Below are positions 56,780-64,000 of a DNA stretch of 64,000 bases, in pieces. Below the pieces are notes generated by a model. That model was not told where the DNA came from. It ran no database searches and worked only from the letters and a program-made list of their open reading frames with translations. Positions within the stretch are counted from its first letter, which is position 1. The number at the start of each line of letters is the position of its first letter. The DNA comes from Parcubacteria group bacterium. GTDB taxonomy: Bacteria; Patescibacteriota; Minisyncoccia; Moranbacterales; UBA11712. Made by a program: the position numbers and the translations under genes. The stretch spans positions 97,616-161,615 of the forward strand of contig JBAZXV010000001.1 of the NCBI GenBank assembly GCA_041659685.1, in the 5' to 3' direction.

Positions 56780-58027
56780 TTATTTTATAATGCTTTCGAT
56801 TTCCAAAAGGCGATTATACTTTGAAACTCTTTCTCCCCGGCAGGGAGCGCCGAATTTAACAAATTCCACGCCTGCAGCGACAGCCAGATCGGCGATGAAA
56901 CTGTCTTCGGTTTCGCCGCTTCTGTGCGAAACAACGCATTTTATCTTATTTTTCTGGCATTTCTTGATAAATTCCATGGTTTCCGACAATGTCCCGATTT
57001 GATTAGGCTTTACGATGGCTGCGTTAACGGATGAAAAAGACAAGGCTTTTTCCAGACGATCAAGATTAGTGACCAATAAATCATCTCCAATAATCAATGC
57101 TTGTTCTCCAAGTTTTTCATTCAGTTTTTTCCAGTTCTCAAAATCGTCTTCTCCTATACAATCTTCCAGTGATAAGATATTATATTTTTTCAACCATTCC
57201 TGATAAAGGGTGATTATCCTTTCGGGTTCAAGGGAGATATTTTCTGGTTTTAGCGTATAGATATTTTGGTTGGGATCGAAAAAAGACGAGACTGCCGCGT
57301 CAATACCGATAAAAACTTTGTCTTTATATCCCGATTCCTCAATGGCTTTTGTAATGTATTCGAACGCGTCGTTATGACTGTCTAGTTTCGGGGCAAAACC
57401 GCCTTCATCTCCCACTCCCGTCGAATAGCCTGCATTGGCTAATAAATTTTTTAATTTATGATATATTTCGCTTCCAGCTCGCAACTGTTCTGAAAATTTG
57501 TGAATTTTTTCCGGAATAATTTGAAATTCCTGAATTGATAAACCCGAGTCCGAATGGGCGCCGCCGTTCAATATATTGAAGAAAGCGGTCGGAATGCTTT
57601 TTGGATTTTTAAACTTAAATGTTTTTGCCAGATAGCTGAACAACTGTTCGCCGTTTAACTCAGCTGCCGCCCTGGCCGCTGCAAGCGAAACCGCAAGTAT
57701 TGCATTGGCGCCAAGACCGGATTTATTTTTTGTGCCGTCGAGTTCGATTAGAGCGTCGTCTATTTCTTTCTGGTCAAAAACGCTGAACCCTGAAAGTTTT
57801 TTGTTAATCGTACCGTTGATGTTTTCGCAAGCCGCAAGAACCCCCATTCCCCCATATCGCTCATCCTTATCACGAAGCTCCACCGCCTCATGTGTTCCCG
57901 TTGATGCGCCGGACGGAACGGAAGCGCGTCCGGCAGTGCCGTTATCCAGAAGCACAACTGCCGAAACTGTCGGATTGCCTCTTGAATCAAGTATTTCCAA
58001 GGCAGATATTTTTTTTATTTTAGCCAT
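56780..58027 (-). CDS. eno: Enolase
   Basis: EILDSRGNPT, PSGASTG, GDEGGFAP and SHRSGET; likely start MAKIK. Confidence 0.97.
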   Translation of the reverse strand: MAKIKKISALEILDSRGNPTVSAVVLLDNGTAGRASVPSGASTGTHEAVELRDKDERYGGMGVLAACENINGTINKKLSGFSVFDQKEIDDALIELDGTKNKSGLGANAILAVSLAAARAAAELNGEQLFSYLAKTFKFKNPKSIPTAFFNILNGGAHSDSGLSIQEFQIIPEKIHKFSEQLRAGSEIYHKLKNLLANAGYSTGVGDEGGFAPKLDSHNDAFEYITKAIEESGYKDKVFIGIDAAVSSFFDPNQNIYTLKPENISLEPERIITLYQEWLKKYNILSLEDCIGEDDFENWKKLNEKLGEQALIIGDDLLVTNLDRLEKALSFSSVNAAIVKPNQIGTLSETMEFIKKCQKNKIKCVVSHRSGETEDSFIADLAVAAGVEFVKFGAPCRGERVSKYNRLLEIESIIK

Positions 58028-58064
58028 ATTGTTAGTCTGATTAACTATTAAAATTCTATCAACC

Positions 58065-59114
58065 TTACATATTATTTTCCAGAGCTTCAATGCCGGGCAT
58101 TTTTTTTTCGCTTAAGAAATCAAGCATTGCTCCTCCTCCGGAAGAAATAAAATTGAATTTTCCCCGTCCGTTTCGAGAATTGATATATTCGACCGATTCC
58201 CCTCCCCCTGCGATTTTCCAGGCATCCGAGCTGATTATTGCTTCATAAATTGCGTCTGTGCCTTTCCGATATTTCTCATCTTCGAATTTTCCCATCGGTC
58301 CGTTCCAAAGAATAAAAGATGCGGCCGTAATCGCTATAACATATTTTTCAATTGTCAGCGGCCCGATATCAAAATTTCCCTCCGAAAAATCACTGGGAAG
58401 AATGACATTTTCGGGAAATTTGACTTTTTTCTCCTCGGCTTCGACTGATATTTTTCCGCCCAGCAATATCGCGTCGTATACCCTGGCCAAACTTTCAATA
58501 ACCGGCAGTTTGGTTTCTATCTTAGCCCCTCCGATTATCGCCATAGCGGGCCTTTTCGGCGGCGTCATCGCTTTTGACAGCTCTTTAATTTCTTTTTCCA
58601 AAAGGAAACCCGCGCAAGATGGCTTGAAAAGAGGAATTTGCGCAATGGAAGCATGGAGCCGGTGCGACACACTGAAGGCATCATAAACAAAAACGCCGAA
58701 ATGGTGACAAAGTTTTATGGCAAATTGTTCGCTATTTTCCTCCTCCTCCGGATAAAAACGGATATTTTCCGCCAGCGCCACTTCGCCATCAGCCAAATTT
58801 CTCACAATTCCGTCGCCCTCTTCGCTCATTATATCCTCAATAAAAACAATTTTTCTTCCCAATAATTCTTCAAGCTTTCCGGCTGCGGGTTTCAGGGAAA
58901 ATTCTGGGTTTTTCTTTCCGTCAGGCCGCCCAAGATGAGAAATAAGAACAGCTTTTGACCGCGGCTGCTTCAAAATATATTCGATTGTCGGAAGCGTAGC
59001 GCGAATGCGGGAATCGTCTTTAATAATGCCGTTCTCAATCGGGACATTGAAATCGACTCTGACCAGAACTCTTTTATTTTTGAAATCGATATCGCGGAGA
59101 TATTTCATAATCAC
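58065..59114 (-). CDS. pgk: Phosphoglycerate kinase
   Basis: RVDFNVP, SHLGRP, ENIRF, GGAK, WNGPMG.FE and SSGGGA. Confidence 0.95.
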   Translation of the reverse strand: MIMKYLRDIDFKNKRVLVRVDFNVPIENGIIKDDSRIRATLPTIEYILKQPRSKAVLISHLGRPDGKKNPEFSLKPAAGKLEELLGRKIVFIEDIMSEEGDGIVRNLADGEVALAENIRFYPEEEENSEQFAIKLCHHFGVFVYDAFSVSHRLHASIAQIPLFKPSCAGFLLEKEIKELSKAMTPPKRPAMAIIGGAKIETKLPVIESLARVYDAILLGGKISVEAEEKKVKFPENVILPSDFSEGNFDIGPLTIEKYVIAITAASFILWNGPMGKFEDEKYRKGTDAIYEAIISSDAWKIAGGGESVEYINSRNGRGKFNFISSGGGAMLDFLSEKKMPGIEALENNM

Positions 59115-59183
59115 CTTAACTTAGTCAACTAAACCATAAGATTATCTTGTTCTGAAAATCAGAAACCCTTCGCCGTAATTTTA

Positions 59184-60305
59184 TCACCCTTTCCCCAATA
59201 TTCCTATTATAAGGCCTATTCCCGCCGCGACTCCCGTAAGAATCCAGGCGCGCATAGTCACTTTCGTTTCCGGCCAGCCGAGAGCTTCGAAGTGGTGATG
59301 AACAGGAGTTGAGAGGAACACTTTTTTATGGAATATTTTTTTGGAAACCAACTGAATGATAACGGATCCCGATTCGATGACATAGACGAAGCAAACAATC
59401 GGCAGAATAAAAACGGAATCCGTCATAAGGGCAATGACAGCCAACGTCGCGCCAAGAGAAACTGCCCCCGTGTCTCCCATAAAAAACCGGGCCGGATAAA
59501 TATTGAACCACAAAAAAGCCAGGAGCGATCCCGACGTCACCGCGCAAAAAGCGGCCATATCAATTTTCTTCTCCGTGAAGGCGATAACTCCGAAAACGGC
59601 ATAGGCAATAAGGAGAATCCCTCCATTCAGGCCGTCCAGTCCGTCTGTCTCATTTGACGAAATTGCCGTTGCCAGAACGACTATTATAAAAAAGGGTATG
59701 TACCACAATCCAATATAAATATCTCCGAAAGCCGGGATATGGATAGAATCGTAATCAAGCTTATAAAAAAACCACAGCGATCCGGCAACGGCAATCGCCA
59801 GGAGCCATCCAAAGCGGTATAAGAATCTTATTCCGCCGCCTTTGTTTGACCCCCATCCTTTGGCGCTGAATATATCATCAAAAGCGCCGACAATCGCGGT
59901 TGTAATAAGAACAAAAAGCGGGAGCCATGTTTGCGAACGGCTCAGAAAATCGAGTCTCGTGATAATTTTTGTTTCAACAAACGGGTGGATAAGATAAAAA
60001 ACGGCCAGAAGGATGAGAAGCGTTACCCAAATCAGCACTCCTCCCATCAGCGGAGTTCCTTTTTTGCTCTTGTGAAGATCATGGTAAACCGGCGCGGCTT
60101 TTCCATCCACAGATGTTTCCTTGATTTTTATTCCAATTTTATATTTATAAAGGAAATGAGTAAGAATCGGAGTCCAGGCCATAGCGACAATAAAGGCTAA
60201 TGTTCCCAAAATCCATATCTTAAGCGCCGCCATTGCGGCAGGAATTGTTGTTATATCGGCAAAACGCATTTTTTTCAGCGATCGACGGTCTAGACCGGGG
60301 ATCAA
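59184..60305 (-). CDS. mraY: Phospho-MurNAc-pentapeptide transferase
   Basis: K.GTPLMGG, DD, N.TDGLDGL, FMGDTG and HHHFE..GWPE; exact start uncertain. Confidence 0.95.
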   Translation of the reverse strand: MIPGLDRRSLKKMRFADITTIPAAMAALKIWILGTLAFIVAMAWTPILTHFLYKYKIGIKIKETSVDGKAAPVYHDLHKSKKGTPLMGGVLIWVTLLILLAVFYLIHPFVETKIITRLDFLSRSQTWLPLFVLITTAIVGAFDDIFSAKGWGSNKGGGIRFLYRFGWLLAIAVAGSLWFFYKLDYDSIHIPAFGDIYIGLWYIPFFIIVVLATAISSNETDGLDGLNGGILLIAYAVFGVIAFTEKKIDMAAFCAVTSGSLLAFLWFNIYPARFFMGDTGAVSLGATLAVIALMTDSVFILPIVCFVYVIESGSVIIQLVSKKIFHKKVFLSTPVHHHFEALGWPETKVTMRAWILTGVAAGIGLIIGILGKG

Positions 60306-60375
60306 TAATTTTAATTATTTTAATTCACTCAGTTTATGATATTTTGCATTGATCGCAGTTCTTTGCTTATCATCC

Positions 60376-61407
60376 TTATTTCCATTCATAATTATCAAAT
60401 GTCCAATCGATAAGCCTGGGCATATCTTCCCATCGATTGTTGTCATTTATTATTACCGCCACTATCCGGTGGCTACCGGTGTCGGGATCCTTGGCGGCGA
60501 CCATAAGCGATTTTCCGGCATTATATGTAAAACCGGTTTTTCCTCCCAAACAATTGGGAATTTGGCCGAGAAGCAGGTCGGTATTTTTTAATTGATGGAT
60601 ATATTTTCCGTCGCACGAGCTTACCTCGGCTTCCTGCATTTTCATGATATCCCAAATAATATCGTACTTCATTGAGTAAACCGCAATGCGCGCCAAATCG
60701 TAGGCTGATGAATAGCAGTTATCCTCATCAAGCCCCGAAGGATTGCAAAAATGAGAGTCACTCAGGCCGATTTCCTTCGCTTTTTCGTTCATAAGTTCTG
60801 CAAATCCTTTTTGGGATCCGGCGACATGCTTTCCCAGGGCGATCGCGGCATCATTTGCGCTGTCAAGCAGCATTGCCGTGAGAAGACTCTTAACGGTGAT
60901 TTTCTCTCCCTCGTGAAGCCTTTCGGCAACACAGGTTACGCTGGTCGGGCAGCCGACCTTAGTTCCTTCCGCTTTCAGCATTTCAGAGTCTATAATTATC
61001 TGTTCATGGAGGTCATTGACCTTTTCCATAACGATTGCCGCAGTCATTATTTTTGTAAGAGACGCAATGGGAGTCCGGTTTCGTCCGTTGCTGTAATGCA
61101 AGATGGTGCCGGAATCAGCATCAATCACGACTGATGATCCGGCGGATATCTCTTCTTCATGATAGTCCTCTACCCGTTGCGGAAGATATCCTGACGCGCT
61201 CAAACTTGCATTATTTCCATTGTTATTTGAAAGGCTGCCTTTTAAGCTTTTTTCATTTTCTGAAGCGGCCTCTTTTTTTTCGTCCGTCGCACCTTCAACC
61301 CTGCTGTTTGCATCGATGGGAGTGCTCGCGGAAGGCGCAAAAAGCCCGGCAAAGTAATAATTAAAGGGCAGAAAAACAATTATGAGAGTTGTCGCAAGAA
61401 CATTCAT
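60376..61407 (-). CDS. D-alanyl-D-alanine carboxypeptidase (S11)
   Basis: SLTK, SAN and KTG motifs. Confidence 0.92.
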   Translation of the reverse strand: MNVLATTLIIVFLPFNYYFAGLFAPSASTPIDANSRVEGATDEKKEAASENEKSLKGSLSNNNGNNASLSASGYLPQRVEDYHEEEISAGSSVVIDADSGTILHYSNGRNRTPIASLTKIMTAAIVMEKVNDLHEQIIIDSEMLKAEGTKVGCPTSVTCVAERLHEGEKITVKSLLTAMLLDSANDAAIALGKHVAGSQKGFAELMNEKAKEIGLSDSHFCNPSGLDEDNCYSSAYDLARIAVYSMKYDIIWDIMKMQEAEVSSCDGKYIHQLKNTDLLLGQIPNCLGGKTGFTYNAGKSLMVAAKDPDTGSHRIVAVIINDNNRWEDMPRLIDWTFDNYEWK

Positions 61408-61979
61408 TGGTCTTTTGTGATATTGTTTTCTTCTTGATTTATAGCCAGTATTTCTTCAATCTTTTCATTTTTCGACAACTGGTCCCAATCGGGCAAGTCC
61501 TTTACGGCCTGAATTCCGACGGATTTTAGAAAATCAAAGGACGCTTCATAGAGAAATCCTCTTGTTTCGGATATTTCTTTTCGTTCAATAATACCGCGCA
61601 TCAAAAGGCTTCTTAAAATATAACTTGTGTTTACACCCCGGATAGCTTCGATCTGGGTTCTTGTGATTGGCCCCCGATAGGCTACTATTGCCAGCGTTTC
61701 AAGCGCGGATTTTGAAAGTTCCGAATTAATCTCGCCTGAAACGAGCTGGCTCACAAATTCGGCATTTTCAGGAGAGGTTCCCAATTGCGCGGAATCGCCG
61801 CTTTTAATCACCCTAAAACCGCTGTTTTGTTCCTTATAAAAAACATCTATTTCCTCGAGCGATTTTTCGACTTCTTTCTTCTCAACCTGGCATATTTTGG
61901 CGAGCTTCGCAAGTTTGACAGGCTCGCCGGAGACAAAGAGAAGGCTTTCAATTATTGATTTGATTTTTGGGCTGTCCAT
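61404..61979 (-). CDS. scpB: SMC-Scp complex subunit ScpB
   Basis: IESLLFVSGEP, LS..ALETLAIVAY and IEAIRGV. Confidence 0.95.
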   Translation of the reverse strand: MDSPKIKSIIESLLFVSGEPVKLAKLAKICQVEKKEVEKSLEEIDVFYKEQNSGFRVIKSGDSAQLGTSPENAEFVSQLVSGEINSELSKSALETLAIVAYRGPITRTQIEAIRGVNTSYILRSLLMRGIIERKEISETRGFLYEASFDFLKSVGIQAVKDLPDWDQLSKNEKIEEILAINQEENNITKDQ

Positions 61980-62691
61980 GAATCGTAAGCGCCTTAAATT
62001 TTTTAATGTTTATCTCGGAAAACAAGCTGTTTTGTTCGACCATTACTATCCTTTGTTTAATCATCTCCAGCAGAGCCAGGAAGCTGACAATTATCTCAAT
62101 ATTATCCTTCGCCGATTCTTTCATCTGGGAAAAACTGAATTCCACCCTGGATTCCAGCCTCTTCTGAAATTCATTTATCTTCTCCTCGAGTGTAATTATA
62201 TCACGAACGGCTTCTTTTGGCAGTTTTTCAGGAAGAGTTATCTGATCAATAATATTTTTGAATGTTTTTTTTAGATCGAATGCGTTCAGATTTTTCGCAG
62301 GCACAAAAACAGTCGAAACGCCCAGCAAGTAATCCCTCGAAAAAATTCGTTTTCCGCTTCTTAGAAGCTTATCGAATTCGCCTCCCGCATCCTTGAATTT
62401 TTTATACAACTGGAGCTGATTTTCGAGATCTTTGATTTCTTTTTCTTCTTCCGATGTCACCTCGAGAATAGGAAGAATGCTCCTGGACTTGATGAGGATA
62501 ATTTTTGAGGCAATGCTGATGAAATCCGCCAGATTCTCAAGACTGATATTTTCCTCCCCCCTTACATATTCCAGATAATCATCAGCCACCTGGGCAATCG
62601 ACATTTCGGTTATATTAAGCTTTTGCTCCTCGATAAGTTCAAGGAGCAAATTAAGCGGGCCTTCAAATTTTGGAACCTTCACGTTGTACAT
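61948..62691 (-). CDS. scpA: Kleisin ScpA
   Basis: FEGPLNLLL.LI, KSR.ILP and FLALLEM. Confidence 0.95.
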   Translation of the reverse strand: MYNVKVPKFEGPLNLLLELIEEQKLNITEMSIAQVADDYLEYVRGEENISLENLADFISIASKIILIKSRSILPILEVTSEEEKEIKDLENQLQLYKKFKDAGGEFDKLLRSGKRIFSRDYLLGVSTVFVPAKNLNAFDLKKTFKNIIDQITLPEKLPKEAVRDIITLEEKINEFQKRLESRVEFSFSQMKESAKDNIEIIVSFLALLEMIKQRIVMVEQNSLFSEINIKKFKALTIHGQPKNQINN

Positions 62692-62696
62692 ATCCG

Positions 62697-63209
62697 TTAT
62701 TTTTTTGCCGTAAATGAGCCTTTTTTCGGCTCTTCTATTTTGAAATAAATCTTCGATGGAATTTTAATCGAATACTCATATTCTCCTGATCCCGCAAAAA
62801 GATATTTTTGCTTCGCAAGAACTGCGTCGGCATAAATATCAAGACCGAGATATTCCCGAAACGGGGCCGTCGCTCCGACTTTTCCGGGTATATTTTTCTT
62901 CATCCACCCTTCTTTGGCAAAGTCAACCGACTTTATATTTTCTTCCTTTCTTTTTTTCCTGTCCATGTTTACCGCCTTCAGAAATTTCTTCTTGTCGAGC
63001 CTTTTATTTGCCGGAATAATGGCCAAAACGTACTCTTTATCGATCTTCATAACCAATGTCTTGGCAATCTCTTCCTGCTTGACCTTTTTCTCGTGCTTCT
63101 GAGTCGTTCTTGCCGTGTCAAAAGCCGTATAGGTGGTTTTATGCCTGATTATTTCAAATTTATATTTTTTTCCGTTGAGATAATTCAGGATTTTTTTGGA
63201 AATTGCCAT
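62697..63209 (-). CDS. YbaK/ProX-like tRNA editing domain protein
   Basis: H..TYTA, IAKTLV and G..APF. Confidence 0.8.
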   Translation of the reverse strand: MAISKKILNYLNGKKYKFEIIRHKTTYTAFDTARTTQKHEKKVKQEEIAKTLVMKIDKEYVLAIIPANKRLDKKKFLKAVNMDRKKRKEENIKSVDFAKEGWMKKNIPGKVGATAPFREYLGLDIYADAVLAKQKYLFAGSGEYEYSIKIPSKIYFKIEEPKKGSFTAKK

Positions 63210-63227
63210 AAAAGTTAATTTAATAAT

Positions 63228-64000
63228 TTAGCGCTTGATTCTTCCGGAAAGCTGCCCGTAAACTGGCGGAATGCGGCTCGAAGCAAGCTTAAAGGCAAAA
63301 GGCAACCCGGTGAGCATCATTATCCCGACGAAGGGAAAAATGAACCGTATATGGAGGATAAAAACTATGGGCGTAGCGACAATAAGGCCCAAAATATAAG
63401 CCATCGGGCGAACACTGCGGAAAAAATCAACAATATCAACGTCGGTTTGGTCGATTCTTTTATAAAAATAAGAGTCGCGGAGAATTTCAATGAGACTTGC
63501 GCCAATACGAGTGGCAAAAAGGACGGCTGTCCATACGACAAAATCTTTTGACGAAATGAAGAACATGGCAACGGTAAAGACCGACATAATAAGCAGCGCA
63601 AAAAAAATCATATCCTTTTCCTCAAAACGCTTGTCCGCCAGGACTCCGGCCGGATACTGCAGGAGGACGAATGGAATAAGCATTATGGTAAACATTTCCC
63701 CTATCTCTCCCCAGCCAAACCCAAGTTCCAAGAGATAGAGAGGCGTGTAAACAATCATAAGAGCGTAAAAAAGCTCCAAAAGAAAAGAAATGTAATATAT
63801 TCTCATTACGTTTTTTCTTTGGATGACCTTTCTCATCAGTGAAAAAAAACTCAGATCTTCCATGCTGCAGTCCGGAATTTTCTTCAGCTGAAGGAAGGTT
63901 ATTATTGACACAACAGCCAGAATCAAAGCGGCAAACAGAAAAACCGAGTTAATCCCCCATTCGCTTATGATAAGGCCCGCAAAAAAGGGGGAAATCAGAT
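63228..64000 (-). CDS. MFS transporter, 5' part outside the window
   Basis: Multiple TMs; PAGVLADK motif; the frame stays open to the window end. Confidence 0.85.
   Translation of the reverse strand, partial: LISPFFAGLIISEWGINSVFLFAALILAVVSIITFLQLKKIPDCSMEDLSFFSLMRKVIQRKNVMRIYYISFLLELFYALMIVYTPLYLLELGFGWGEIGEMFTIMLIPFVLLQYPAGVLADKRFEEKDMIFFALLIMSVFTVAMFFISSKDFVVWTAVLFATRIGASLIEILRDSYFYKRIDQTDVDIVDFFRSVRPMAYILGLIVATPIVFILHIRFIFPFVGIMMLTGLPFAFKLASSRIPPVYGQLSGRIKR

Noticed and set aside
687-63738. Numerous antisense or overlapping ORFs in the six-frame track (e.g. 8930-9685, 13143-13679, 24226-24833, 48692-49066)
   Set aside because: They are shadows of well-supported genes or of rnpB, with no motifs

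Overview
AT-rich bacterial chromosome segment using genetic code 11. Gene content (DUF4012, DUF5652, a PaaX/Cas2-like protein, ADP-forming acetate-CoA ligase) and the scarcity of Shine-Dalgarno sites before core genes suggest a Patescibacteria/CPR genome, probably Parcubacteria; this is an inference. Core blocks: wzx; folD-glyA; the AmmeMemoRadiSam triad followed by priA-def-fmt; groES; tRNA-Gln; ftsX-ftsE-prfB; tRNA-Gly/Thr; lepA-murJ and a surface-glycan cluster; rnpB; rnhA-recJ; lower glycolysis and acetate genes; mraY; scpAB. An accessory region (~12.6-28.5 kb) sits at the 3' end of tRNA-Gln. The most striking signal is an array of about 11 co-oriented, unrelated genes (19.3-26.9 kb) behind one head promoter. 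Its short intergenic gaps are built from modular repeats: a 21-bp palindrome TCCTAA(C/A)-N7-(G/T)TTAGGA just after stop codons that resembles integron core sites, a CCCCGCYGRAA motif, and tandem 12-bp TACGTA palindromes. No integrase is present in the window. Inside the array, a PaaX/Cas2-like gene is bracketed by 37-bp direct repeats, and a third palindromic copy covers its promoter. Other oddities are a priA with an in-frame TAA and degenerate helicase motifs, a prfB frameshift without an internal SD, an RNase P RNA with extra helices, and a pseudo-receiver/zinc-ribbon protein.
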